From an uncultured Pelagibacteraceae bacterium (GTDB lineage: Bacteria > Pseudomonadota > Alphaproteobacteria > Pelagibacterales > Pelagibacteraceae): 64,000 nt of DNA. The stretch lies in contig CACIVM010000002.1 of assembly GCA_902590115.1 (NCBI GenBank), forward strand, positions 29,092-93,091, given 5' to 3'. Position numbers and translations under genes: made by a program. Positions 31,012 to 40,476 of this stretch are shown here, piece by piece. Under the pieces are notes generated by a model. That model was not told the DNA's origin, ran no database searches, and saw only the letters and a program-made list of their open reading frames with translations. Within the stretch, counting starts at the first letter, position 1, and every line of letters begins with the position of its first letter.

Positions 31012-31449
31012 ATGAAACACAATATAATAATAATTAATGGTCCAAATTTAAATTTACTAGGTGAAAGAGAGAAGGAAAAATATGGCACTGAAACTTTAAA
31101 GGACGTAGAGATAGCCTGTGATAAACTAGCTTCAAAAAACAACATTCAGCTTTCTTTTTTTCAATCAAATATAGAAGGAGAAATTGTTACAAAGATACAA
31201 GAATCAAGACAAAAAATGAATGGCTTAATAATTAATGCTGGAGGCTACACTCATACATCTGTAGCTATACACGACGCTTTAAAACTTCTTAAAATACCAA
31301 TAATTGAATTGCATATTACAAATATATACAATAGAGAAGATTTTAGACATAAATCTATGATAAGTCAGGTTTCTAATGGTATTATTTGTGGTTTTGGAAC
31401 AAAGGGTTATTTAATGTCTATCGAAGCGATAATGGATTTGATAAAATAA
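31012..31449 (+). CDS. aroQ: Type II 3-dehydroquinate dehydratase
   Basis: NGPNLNLLG.RE...YG, FQSN.EG, THTS.AI.DA, ELH.TN...RE.FRH.S. Confidence 0.98.
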   Translation: MKHNIIIINGPNLNLLGEREKEKYGTETLKDVEIACDKLASKNNIQLSFFQSNIEGEIVTKIQESRQKMNGLIINAGGYTHTSVAIHDALKLLKIPIIELHITNIYNREDFRHKSMISQVSNGIICGFGTKGYLMSIEAIMDLIK

Positions 31450-31452
31450 GCT

Positions 31453-31878
31453 ATGAAAATAGAAAAAAAATTAATTAAAGAACTTGTTGATTATTTAAAA
31501 GAATTCAATCTCACAGAGTTAGAATATAAAGATGGAGATAAGAGCATAAAGGTTTCCAAATCAACAAAACTTTCAACTGATCAAGGTAAAACAAGTTCGG
31601 TTATTTCACCTACTAAATCAGTATTAGCAGACCAAGGAGGTGATGGTGTTAGAATTAAATCTCCAATTATAGGCACAGCATATTTAGCCCCTGAACCTGG
31701 AGCTAAAAAATTTGTTGAGGTAGGAAATAAAATTAAAAAGGGTCAAACTATTATGATTGTTGAGGCAATGAAAACTATGAACCATATTCCATCTACTAGC
31801 GATGGAGTGGTAGAAAAAATTTTAGTGAATGATGGTCAGCCAGTAGAATTTGGTCAAACTTTAGTTATCTTAAAATAG
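31453..31878 (+). CDS. accB: Acetyl-CoA carboxylase biotin carboxyl carrier protein
   Basis: EAMKTMN biotinylation motif, SP..GT.Y..P.P, VEFGQ.L. Confidence 0.97.
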   Translation: MKIEKKLIKELVDYLKEFNLTELEYKDGDKSIKVSKSTKLSTDQGKTSSVISPTKSVLADQGGDGVRIKSPIIGTAYLAPEPGAKKFVEVGNKIKKGQTIMIVEAMKTMNHIPSTSDGVVEKILVNDGQPVEFGQTLVILK

Positions 31879-31880
31879 TA

Positions 31881-33218
31881 ATGTTTAAAAAAGTGCTTAT
31901 AGCTAATAGGGGGGAAATAGCTGTTAGAGTAATAAGAGCTTGCAAAGAGTGGGGAATTGGAACTGTAGCTGTGCACTCAGATGTAGACTCTGAGTCAATG
32001 CATGTCAGACTTGCTGACGAAAGCGTCTGTATTGGATCTCATCAACCTCAAAATAGTTACTTAAATATTTCATCTTTAATGTCAGCGGTTGACCTAACTG
32101 GTGCAGAGGCTATTCATCCTGGATACGGTTTTTTATCAGAAAATGCAAAGTTTGCAGATGTAGTTACTAAACATGGAATTAAATTCATTGGCCCAAATTC
32201 GAAAATTATTGAAAAAATGGGAGATAAAATTGAGGCAAAAAAAATTGCAAAAAAATATGGTTTACCAGTGATAAAAGGCTCAGAGGGTGGTGTAAAAACA
32301 ATTTCAGAAGCTAAGACTATTTGTAAAGAGATAGGTTACCCAGTTTTAATCAAAGCTGCAGGTGGTGGTGGTGGTAAAGGAATGAAGATTGTAGAGGAAG
32401 AGAAGTTTTTAGAGAATCTTTTTTCTTTGGCTAAAACTGAGGCAAAAAAATATTTTGGTAACGATGAACTATATATAGAAAAGTATTTTAAAAATCCTAG
32501 GCATATTGAAGTTCAAGTAATGTCAGGAAAAAATAGAACTGTGCATCTTGGTGAAAGAGATTGCTCTGTTCAAAGGAGACATCAAAAACTTATAGAAGAA
32601 ACACCCAGTCCAGTTTTAAGCATTAGTCAAAGAGAAAAGCTTCTGGAAAAAACTGTAAAAATGGTTGAACAAATAGGTTATGAGGGTGCTGGAACTGTTG
32701 AATTCATTTATGAAAATGGAGAATTTTTTTTTCTTGAGATGAATACAAGGGTGCAAGTTGAACACCCAGTAACAGAAGTTCAGACTGGAATCGATATAGT
32801 TAAAGAGCAATTATGGATCGCTTTTTCTGGAGACACTGCTTTAAAACAATCAGACATTAATCCGAGGGGACATTCGATCGAATGTAGAATAAATGCTGAA
32901 AATCCAGCTTTAAACTTTCAACCTAGTCCTGGAACAATAAGTGTTTGTCACCAACCTTCGGGGTTTAGAACAAGAGTTGATGGCTCAATTTTCCAGGGTT
33001 GCAAAATAACACCTTTTTATGACAGCTTGATTGCTAAAGTAATTTGTAAAGGCAGAAATCGAACTGAAGCTATTCAAAGAACTCTTCGCTCATTAGATGA
33101 GTTTGTTGTAGAAGGCATTACGACAACTATCGATTTACATAAAAAAATCTTAAATCATAAAAAGTTTATTGATTCTACTTTTGATACTAATTGGTTAGAA
33201 AAAGAGAAATTTTATTAA
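31881..33218 (+). CDS. accC: Biotin carboxylase
   Basis: ANRGEIA.R, HPGYGFLSEN, GGGGKGM, RDCSVQRRHQK, EMNTR.QVEH. Confidence 0.99.
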   Translation: MFKKVLIANRGEIAVRVIRACKEWGIGTVAVHSDVDSESMHVRLADESVCIGSHQPQNSYLNISSLMSAVDLTGAEAIHPGYGFLSENAKFADVVTKHGIKFIGPNSKIIEKMGDKIEAKKIAKKYGLPVIKGSEGGVKTISEAKTICKEIGYPVLIKAAGGGGGKGMKIVEEEKFLENLFSLAKTEAKKYFGNDELYIEKYFKNPRHIEVQVMSGKNRTVHLGERDCSVQRRHQKLIEETPSPVLSISQREKLLEKTVKMVEQIGYEGAGTVEFIYENGEFFFLEMNTRVQVEHPVTEVQTGIDIVKEQLWIAFSGDTALKQSDINPRGHSIECRINAENPALNFQPSPGTISVCHQPSGFRTRVDGSIFQGCKITPFYDSLIAKVICKGRNRTEAIQRTLRSLDEFVVEGITTTIDLHKKILNHKKFIDSTFDTNWLEKEKFY

Positions 33219-33724
33219 GTTTTTAAACATTTAGATAACCACAAATCATAAACCGGATGCTCAAATAAGTCGTTCGACGAAGGATTTGAAAATGCCCAGC
33301 CATTAAAAATAAAAACTTTTTCGTTAGTTTTTTCAGATTGATCTATAACCTGCAAATAAGCAGTGTCGCTTTTTAGATTGAGCGATTTAGTTTTTCCACA
33401 TTTTAGAACCTTGACTTCTAGTGGTCCAAAATTTTTTTTTTCCCCAACCTTTATTTTAATTTTTTGAGTTTTTGCTGTTATTTTATCTAAACCTATAATT
33501 TCTACAAATTTGAACTTTTCATCAAATTTTTGTGTCGCTTTATTTTTAAAAATAATATCTTGGCCATCTTCGTTTGTTTGATTTTCAATATTTTCAAAAG
33601 TTGGTTCAAGATTTTCAAGGTTAATCAAAGGCGATGATAATATTTTCTCCTCTGAATAAATATTTGAACTAAATAAAAAATAAAACGTAATTAATACAAA
33701 AATTCTATTTTTTCCAAGTCTCAT
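33215..33724 (-). CDS. DUF2155-family exported protein
   Basis: Signal peptide, GLDKITA, FG.L.V....C, IFNGW.F, FEHPVYD.W..C. Confidence 0.85.
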   Translation of the reverse strand: MRLGKNRIFVLITFYFLFSSNIYSEEKILSSPLINLENLEPTFENIENQTNEDGQDIIFKNKATQKFDEKFKFVEIIGLDKITAKTQKIKIKVGEKKNFGPLEVKVLKCGKTKSLNLKSDTAYLQVIDQSEKTNEKVFIFNGWAFSNPSSNDLFEHPVYDLWLSKCLKT

Positions 33725-34061
33725 ATTTTTTGAATTTATTTTTTCTTTTTATATCAAGAGGTGTATATGCCTTCTTTGTCCCGGTAAGGTTTTCTTGATG
33801 ATCTTTTTGCCAATCATATTTTTTTTCATTTAAGTCATTTTCTGGATGATCATTCACAGTGTGGTGCATCCATAAAAACCAATTATTTGGTATTTTAGAG
33901 GCATCTATTTCTTTTGAATAGATTACCCATCTTTGATCAGATTTATTTGTATAGTATTTGTTACCGAATATATCTTTTCCAACATACTTTCCAAAAAAAA
34001 TAGTTTTCAGCAATGTTCCAAAAGTTTGTTTATTCCACCAGGTAAAAATTTGTTTTATCAT
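33705..34061 (-). CDS. NADH:ubiquinone oxidoreductase accessory subunit NDUFA12 family
   Basis: FTWW..QT.GT, VG.D.FGN.YY, RWVIY, S.IP..W..WMHH, NLTGT..AY.P. Confidence 0.93.
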   Translation of the reverse strand: MIKQIFTWWNKQTFGTLLKTIFFGKYVGKDIFGNKYYTNKSDQRWVIYSKEIDASKIPNNWFLWMHHTVNDHPENDLNEKKYDWQKDHQENLTGTKKAYTPLDIKRKNKFKKYETWKK

Positions 34062-34149
34062 TTATTCCACACAATTAAAAATTGCATTATTAGTTATAGA
34101 CACATTCACGAAAAGGTATATATCATATATTAAGATTCCTTTAAATATA

Positions 34150-34980
34150 ATGAAAAAATATATTGTTGAAACATATTATACTTGTACTTTCAAGACCGTT
34201 CATAAACTCGATGAACTCAATGAGAATGAGCTTTCAAACATAGATAACAGAAACGATGGAAACGTTGAGGTTATTGAAGTTAAACTAAATAATAGAAAAA
34301 CAAGAAAAATTGGCGAAAATAAAAAAGCAACGTTTGTCGAAAAAAATCAGAATGACAAATCATATAGCCCTAAAAAAAGTGGTAAGCTTAAACCCGAAGT
34401 TAGTGTTGTGAACACAAAAACTGATTTTATTCAAAATTTTAAAAGTCAAATTGGTAATAGATCTAAAATGCCAGATAGACGAAAAGGATATATTCAAAAA
34501 GCCTCGATAGGTGAACATAAAATATACCTTCATACCGGAGAGTATGACGATGGTCGAATTGGAGAAATTTTTATAGATACTAATAAAGAAGGTGAATTAG
34601 TTAAAGCACTAATGAATAATTTTGCGATAGCAATATCTTTAGGTCTGCAATACGGAGTTCCTTTAGATGAATATGTAGATGCATTTATTGATACAAAGTT
34701 TGAACCTTCAGGTAAGGTTGATGGAAATGATAGAATTTTAAGTGCTACATCTATACTAGATTATGTTTTTAGAGAGCTAGCTATTTCTTACTTAGGTAAA
34801 GAGGAACTTGCTCATACACCATCTATAAAAAGTTCCAATGAAGAAATTGCGAATACAGAAGATGATAAGTTTTTGAAGATTGTTAAAAATATAACTTCTA
34901 AAGGATTTGTAAGAAGTAACTATGAGGAGAAACTAGTTGATCTTTCAGATATCAGAATTAATTTAAAGTCTAAAAATTAG
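34150..34980 (+). CDS. Stand-alone protein homologous to the C-terminal (TSCPD/NrdJb-like) domain of class II ribonucleotide reductase, 276 aa
   Basis: [34 protein letters not shown]...[31 protein letters not shown]...[17 protein letters not shown] matches the tail of alphaproteobacterial NrdJ. Likely start is ATG 34150, because the track start overlaps the NDUFA12 gene. Confidence 0.85.
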   Translation: MKKYIVETYYTCTFKTVHKLDELNENELSNIDNRNDGNVEVIEVKLNNRKTRKIGENKKATFVEKNQNDKSYSPKKSGKLKPEVSVVNTKTDFIQNFKSQIGNRSKMPDRRKGYIQKASIGEHKIYLHTGEYDDGRIGEIFIDTNKEGELVKALMNNFAIAISLGLQYGVPLDEYVDAFIDTKFEPSGKVDGNDRILSATSILDYVFRELAISYLGKEELAHTPSIKSSNEEIANTEDDKFLKIVKNITSKGFVRSNYEEKLVDLSDIRINLKSKN

Positions 34981-36771
34981 TTATTTTTTTAAGTTTAATT
35001 TAATACTTAGCTCCTTAATTTGATTGTCGCTAACTGCAGAAGGAGCTCCCATTAAAAGGTCTTGACCGTTTTGATTTAAAGGAAATAACGTCACCTCTCT
35101 TATATTTTCTTTACCAGCTAATAACATAACAATTCTATCTATTCCCGGGGCCATACCGCCGTGAGGAGGTGCGCCAAATGACAGTGCTTTTATCATCCCG
35201 CTGAATTTTTGTTCGACATCTTTTTTTGAATAACCAACTTTTTCAAAAACTTTGAACATATACTCCGGTAAGTGATTTCTAATTGCTCCAGAAGATAACT
35301 CATATCCATTGCAAACTAAATCATATTGAAATGCCTTGATTTTTAGAGGGTCTGTTTTTGAAAAATTTTCGAAACTTGTCTGAGGCATTGAGAATGGGTT
35401 GTGACTAAAATCTAATTTACCAGACTGTTCGTCTAAGTGAAACATTGGAAAATCAACAACCCAACAAAATTTAAATTCATTCTCGTTAATTAAGTTTAAT
35501 TCTTTTGCTATTTTTTGTCTTACTATACCTGAAAATTTATAAGCTTGGTCTTTTAAATCACATACAAAAAAAATTGAGTCTTTTTCGGTAGCCTTACAAA
35601 GATTAGTTATGTTTTTAATTGCTTCTTCATTAAAAAATTTAGCTATTGGCCCTTTTCCAATTAATTTATCAGATTTATTTTCAAATGATAGGTATGCAAG
35701 ACCTTTTGCACCCTCATCTTGAGCCCAATTGTTTAGGTTGTCAAAAAAATTTCTAGGTTTCGTATTGGTTGATGTTGCAGTTATAGCTTTTACAATAGAT
35801 CCTTTTTTTATTAAATTTTTAAAGATTTCAAATTTTACATTTTCTGAACTAATGATTTCAGTGACATCTTTTATTTCTAAAGGGTTTCTCAAATCTGGTT
35901 TGTCTGTGCCAAATCTGTCCATAGATTCTTGATAACTTATTTTTGGGAATGGTACGTTGTTAATATTTTTATTCTTTCCAAACTTTTTAAAAAGGTCGAA
36001 AAATATTGGTTCCATCTCATTAAAAATGTCTTGCTGCTCTACAAAAGACATTTCAAGATCCAGTTGATAATGTTCTCCTGGACTTCTATCAGCTCTACCA
36101 TCTTCATCCCTAAAACAAGGAGCTATTTGAAAATATTTATCAAATCCGGAAATCATAATCATTTGTTTAAATTGTTGAGGTGCTTGTGGTAAAGCATAAA
36201 ATTTTCCAGGATGAGTTCTACTAGGAACTAAAAAATCTCTTGCGCCTTCTGGGCTTGATGCTGTTAATATGGGTGTTTGAAATTCTAAAAAATTTTGTTC
36301 AATCATTCTATTTCTTAAAAAGGAGATTACCTTTGATCTTAAAATAATATTTGTATGCATTTCATTTCTTCTAAGGTCAATAAATCTATACTTTAATCTA
36401 ATATCTTCAGGGTAATCCTGTTCTCCAAAAACTGGCATAGGCAAATCTTTTGCCTCAGACAAAACATTTATTGATTTTATAGAAACCTCTACTTCTCCAG
36501 TGCTTATATCTTGATTCTCAGTTCCTTTTTGTCTTTTTACAACAAGACCCTCAACTGATATTACTGACTCTGGTCTTATTTTTTCAAGCAAGTTAAAAAA
36601 TTTATTTTTATTCTCGATGACACATTGAGTAATTCCAAAGTGATCCCTTAAATCAACAAAAAGTAAATTCCCGTGATCTCTTTTTCTATGAACCCAGCCT
36701 GATAGTAAAACAGTTTTATTGACATTTTTAATATTAAGCTCAGAACAGTTGTGACTTCTATATTTATTCAT
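34981..36771 (-). CDS. aspS: Aspartyl-tRNA synthetase (probably non-discriminating Asp/Asn type)
   Basis: GWV.R.RDHG, PEGARDF, CFRDED.RADR, HNPFS.P, PPHGG.A.G.DR. His in RDHG is typical of ND-AspRS. Confidence 0.98.
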   Translation of the reverse strand: MNKYRSHNCSELNIKNVNKTVLLSGWVHRKRDHGNLLFVDLRDHFGITQCVIENKNKFFNLLEKIRPESVISVEGLVVKRQKGTENQDISTGEVEVSIKSINVLSEAKDLPMPVFGEQDYPEDIRLKYRFIDLRRNEMHTNIILRSKVISFLRNRMIEQNFLEFQTPILTASSPEGARDFLVPSRTHPGKFYALPQAPQQFKQMIMISGFDKYFQIAPCFRDEDGRADRSPGEHYQLDLEMSFVEQQDIFNEMEPIFFDLFKKFGKNKNINNVPFPKISYQESMDRFGTDKPDLRNPLEIKDVTEIISSENVKFEIFKNLIKKGSIVKAITATSTNTKPRNFFDNLNNWAQDEGAKGLAYLSFENKSDKLIGKGPIAKFFNEEAIKNITNLCKATEKDSIFFVCDLKDQAYKFSGIVRQKIAKELNLINENEFKFCWVVDFPMFHLDEQSGKLDFSHNPFSMPQTSFENFSKTDPLKIKAFQYDLVCNGYELSSGAIRNHLPEYMFKVFEKVGYSKKDVEQKFSGMIKALSFGAPPHGGMAPGIDRIVMLLAGKENIREVTLFPLNQNGQDLLMGAPSAVSDNQIKELSIKLNLKK

Positions 36772-37423
36772 TTTTTAAAAATTTTTTTACCATTTTAATA
36801 GTTATTGAATGTCCTAAAGATAAAGAATGTTCGTCAATTTTTTTTAAAATTTCAAATACATGCTCATAAGAACGTTCAACATTTTTTATCATGTATTCTA
36901 AAATTTTTAAATCAATTTTAATTTGTTTATCAGAAAAATATTTTACTATAATTACTCTTAATAGATCATCTGTGGGTAAATCAATTCCAACATTCAGAAA
37001 ACTATTTATTCTTGATTGTAAATCTACCAATTTTATTTTTTTTTGTTTTAATGGTACTCGGGAAGATAGTATTAAAAATTTGTCTAATTGATTTATATGA
37101 TTCAAAAAAGAGTATAATTTTTTTTCATTAATTTGCTCATTGAAATTATCAATTACCACACATTCTGAATTATCTATTTTTGATGAGTCTAAGTTTTCTA
37201 TTTTTTTCATTGAGTAATCTATAATTTTAATTCTTTTTTTTAATATTTTTATTAAATGGGTTTTTCCGGAGCCTTTGGGACCAAAAATATTAATAGACTT
37301 GTTTGGCCAATTAGGCCAGCTTTCGATTAATTTGTAAACTTCAAAATTATTTGAGGATACAAAAAAGTCTTTTTCATCATAGGTAGTTTTAAACGGAAAT
37401 TTAAAAATTAGTTGTTGATGCAT
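36764..37423 (-). CDS. DnaA-related AAA+ protein, Hda/HdaA-like
   Basis: N-terminal clamp-binding-like QQLIFKF, F.VS..N, GPKGSGKTHL, DLQSR arginine finger, ERS; conserved position near purM. Confidence 0.82.
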   Translation of the reverse strand: MHQQLIFKFPFKTTYDEKDFFVSSNNFEVYKLIESWPNWPNKSINIFGPKGSGKTHLIKILKKRIKIIDYSMKKIENLDSSKIDNSECVVIDNFNEQINEKKLYSFLNHINQLDKFLILSSRVPLKQKKIKLVDLQSRINSFLNVGIDLPTDDLLRVIIVKYFSDKQIKIDLKILEYMIKNVERSYEHVFEILKKIDEHSLSLGHSITIKMVKKFLKNE

Positions 37424-38461
37424 TTATATAATATTAATTACCCACTCATTGTTGATATTCTTAATTTTCATTCCCTCTAAAGAAAGTTTTTTAAACACCT
37501 TATCTACTTTGCCAAAATATTTTATTCTTACATTCGCACTTTCATTTGAAAGTTTTTGAATATTAAATCCATCAATAATTTCTATTTTTTTTAAAAATTT
37601 ATTCAGAACAAATAAGTCATTTTTTTTAGATATTTTTAATTTGATGTTTAAAAATGAAGGGGCGGCTAAATCAATCATATTTTGAGATTTGTAAATCTCT
37701 TGAATTTCGTTTTTAGCAAACGTAATTATCTTTTTATAAAAATTGGTTTTTTCATCTTTGAATACTTCTAAGTTTTTCACAAGTTTTTTGTCGTCCATAA
37801 ATAACTTTAAAAATAATTTGGATTTGTCTGGAAACATTTCTGCAATTAAGAATACTTTGTTCTTAATCTCGTAGTCAGCTATCAATTCGTTTACCTCTAT
37901 ATTTTGTATCTCCTCCCTTTTGCTTAATATTTTTTGTATAATTTCTATATTTTCTACGGGTAAAATAAATTCAACTAACTCCTCTTTTTTTTCCTTATTG
38001 TCATTCCAGTTTTGATATAGGTAATTTTCCTCAAAAAGATAAATTTTTGCGTTTTCAATTATAATAGGAAAAATGAGAATTTCCTCATTTTCTAAATCGC
38101 TATATTGTATGTTTGACTTATAAAGAAAATTATGAATTTTATCCCGATCGAAATAAATATTTACTGATGAATAATTTGGTTGATCGCTAAGTTCTAAATT
38201 AACCTGAAAATGAGAAATCAAACTTTGGATATCTTTTAGATTTGTATTTTGAACCTTCTTAATATCTTTTTTCAATAAAATTCTTTTAGAAAGATCCTTA
38301 AAAGCTTTTTTAATAGCGAGATTTAACAACTCTTGTTTTGTATTAAATTTGTCCTTTTCTATAACAATATTATTAACAGTAAATATGCCACTTTCAGAAA
38401 AAGTATTTTCACTTTTTGCTAAAAATACTAAAATAGTGATAAAAAATATAAGAATTTTCAT
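37424..38461 (-). CDS. Exported hypothetical protein (DUF2066-like)
   Basis: Signal peptide, FTVNNI...A...AF..L..R; divergent from purM, as for the similar alphaproteobacterial protein. Confidence 0.55.
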   Translation of the reverse strand: MKILIFFITILVFLAKSENTFSESGIFTVNNIVIEKDKFNTKQELLNLAIKKAFKDLSKRILLKKDIKKVQNTNLKDIQSLISHFQVNLELSDQPNYSSVNIYFDRDKIHNFLYKSNIQYSDLENEEILIFPIIIENAKIYLFEENYLYQNWNDNKEKKEELVEFILPVENIEIIQKILSKREEIQNIEVNELIADYEIKNKVFLIAEMFPDKSKLFLKLFMDDKKLVKNLEVFKDEKTNFYKKIITFAKNEIQEIYKSQNMIDLAAPSFLNIKLKISKKNDLFVLNKFLKKIEIIDGFNIQKLSNESANVRIKYFGKVDKVFKKLSLEGMKIKNINNEWVINII

Positions 38462-38486
38462 AATATATTAAATATCATTTTTAATA

Positions 38487-39515
38487 ATGGAAAAAATAGA
38501 AAATAACTATAAAAAAAGTGGCGTTAATATTGATCTTGCAAATAAATTTGTAAAATATATTGCCAAAATATCAAAGAATAAAGAAAAAAAAAGGAAGGAT
38601 AAATTTCATTCATCCAACATAGGTTCTTTTGGATCTTGCTTTGATATAAGTAAATTAAAAATTAAAGACCCTGTGCTAGTATCATCCACTGATGGTGTCG
38701 GAACAAAAATTGTTCTATCTAACAAATTTAAAAAATTAGATAAAATCGGTATTGATCTGGTTGCTATGTGTGTAAACGATCTTATCGTTCAAGGTGCAAA
38801 ACCATTGTTCTTCTTAGACTATATTGCAGTCGGTAAACTTAGACTTAATAAAATTAAAAAAATTTTAAAAGGAATAATTGAAGGATGCAATGAAGCTGGT
38901 TGTGAATTGATCGGAGGTGAAACTGCAGAAATGCCTGGTGTTTATGATAATGATAAATTTGACCTTGCGGGATTTACAGTCGGTATAGTTTCAAAAAAAA
39001 AATTATTGGGTAAACAAAATGTAAATAGTGGAGATAAAATACTTGCAATACCCTCGTCTGGTCCACATTCAAATGGTTACTCGCTTATAAGAAAAATTTT
39101 AAAAAAGAAAAAAATTAATAAAACTATTATGCAAAATCTTATAAGACCGACTAAAATTTACGTAAAAGAGATATTAAGTGCGCACCAAAAAAATTTGATA
39201 AGTGCATGTGCACATATAACTGGAGGTGGATTAATTGAAAACTTAGTAAGATCGGTTCCTAATAAATTTTTTGTAGATATTGATTTATCTAAAATTAAAA
39301 TTCCAAAAATTTTCAAGTGGTTAAAAAAAAATAATATATCAGATGATGAAATGTTGAAAACTTTTAATTGTGGAATTGGTTTTTGTATAATAGTAAAAAA
39401 TAAAAATTTAAGAAAAATTGATAAATATTTTAGTAAAGAATACTCCCCATACGTTATTGGAGAAATAAAAAAAGGATCAAAAAAATTTAGATTAAAAAAT
39501 ACGTTAAGATGGTAA
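38487..39515 (+). CDS. purM: Phosphoribosylformylglycinamidine cyclo-ligase
   Basis: Y..SGV.I, TDGVGTK, GIDLVAMCVND, GGETAEMPG, SSG.HSNGYSL, AHITGGG, TFNCGIG. Confidence 0.99.
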   Translation: MEKIENNYKKSGVNIDLANKFVKYIAKISKNKEKKRKDKFHSSNIGSFGSCFDISKLKIKDPVLVSSTDGVGTKIVLSNKFKKLDKIGIDLVAMCVNDLIVQGAKPLFFLDYIAVGKLRLNKIKKILKGIIEGCNEAGCELIGGETAEMPGVYDNDKFDLAGFTVGIVSKKKLLGKQNVNSGDKILAIPSSGPHSNGYSLIRKILKKKKINKTIMQNLIRPTKIYVKEILSAHQKNLISACAHITGGGLIENLVRSVPNKFFVDIDLSKIKIPKIFKWLKKNNISDDEMLKTFNCGIGFCIIVKNKNLRKIDKYFSKEYSPYVIGEIKKGSKKFRLKNTLRW

Positions 39516-40069
39516 AAAAAAATCTTTGTATATTTATTTCTGGAAATGGTTCTAACTTAAAAGCGATAATAGACAGATCAAGAATATATAATTTTCCTGC
39601 TCAAGTGAAAATAATAGTTTCCAATAATCAAAAAGCAAAAGGTTTGGCTATTGCAAAAAAAAATTTAATTCCTTTTTTTATTTTTGACTCAAAATCTTTA
39701 TGTGGTGAAATGAAAATTATTAATGAAATAAGAAGAAGAAAAATTCATCTAATTTGTTTAGCTGGATACATGAAAATTTTGTCCAAAAATTTTGTAAAAT
39801 CATTCCCAAATTCAATAATTAATATTCATCCATCTTTACTACCAAAGTTTAAAGGTCTTAAGACTTACCAAAAAGTTCTTAAAAATAAAGAAAAAAAGAC
39901 AGGATGTACTGTTCATTATGTAAATGAAAAACTTGATTGTGGCAAAATAATTAAAAGAAAATATTTTTTCTTGGAAAAGAAAGAAAATGAAAAAAGTTTG
40001 AAAAATAAGACCCAAAAATTAGAACACAAGATTTACTCTGAGGCAATTATTGATATTTTAAAAAGTTAA
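39509..40069 (+). CDS. purN: Phosphoribosylglycinamide formyltransferase
   Basis: ISG.GSNL.AI, LAGYMKIL, NIHPSLLP, GCTVH.V...D.G. Confidence 0.98.
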   Translation: MVKKNLCIFISGNGSNLKAIIDRSRIYNFPAQVKIIVSNNQKAKGLAIAKKNLIPFFIFDSKSLCGEMKIINEIRRRKIHLICLAGYMKILSKNFVKSFPNSIINIHPSLLPKFKGLKTYQKVLKNKEKKTGCTVHYVNEKLDCGKIIKRKYFFLEKKENEKSLKNKTQKLEHKIYSEAIIDILKS

Positions 40070-40476
40070 TTTTTAAAAAAAAAATTTAGTTCTCTTTCGG
40101 CGCTTGATGATGAATCTGAACCATGTACAGAGTTTTTATCTATTGATACACCATACAAATTTCTTATTGTATTATTACCTGCTTTTTTTGGGTCTGTAGC
40201 ACCCATGATTTCCCTGTATCTAGATATCGCATTTTCACCTGATAATTCCATGACTATTATTGGACCTGAAGAAAGATAGTTGCATAACTTCTCGTAAAAG
40301 GGTTTAGATTGATGCTCTTTATAAAACTCAGCTGCTTCCTCTTTTGAGATTTGGAGTTTTTTATTCTTTTCAATTTTTAAATTATTTTTTTTTAATATAT
40401 CAGTTATTTTTTCAAATAAATTTCTTTCTACTGCGTCAGGTTTTATTATTGAAAGTGTCCTCTCAGTGTTACTCAT
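40066..40476 (-). CDS. ndk: Nucleoside diphosphate kinase
   Basis: ERTLSIIKPDAV, FY.EH..KPF, SGP, NSVHGSDS. Likely start is ATG 40476, overlapping the pepA stop. Confidence 0.98.
   Translation of the reverse strand: MSNTERTLSIIKPDAVERNLFEKITDILKKNNLKIEKNKKLQISKEEAAEFYKEHQSKPFYEKLCNYLSSGPIIVMELSGENAISRYREIMGATDPKKAGNNTIRNLYGVSIDKNSVHGSDSSSSAERELNFFFKN

Noticed and set aside
33958-34149. 64-aa N-terminal extension of the nrdJ-derived ORF
   Set aside because: It has a TTG start overlapping the antisense NDUFA12 gene and the shared spacer; ATG 34150 is more plausible.
34062-34149. NrdR boxes or a cobalamin riboswitch before the nrdJ-derived gene
   Set aside because: The 88-bp AT-rich spacer has no convincing NrdR dyad and is too short and unstructured for a B12 riboswitch.
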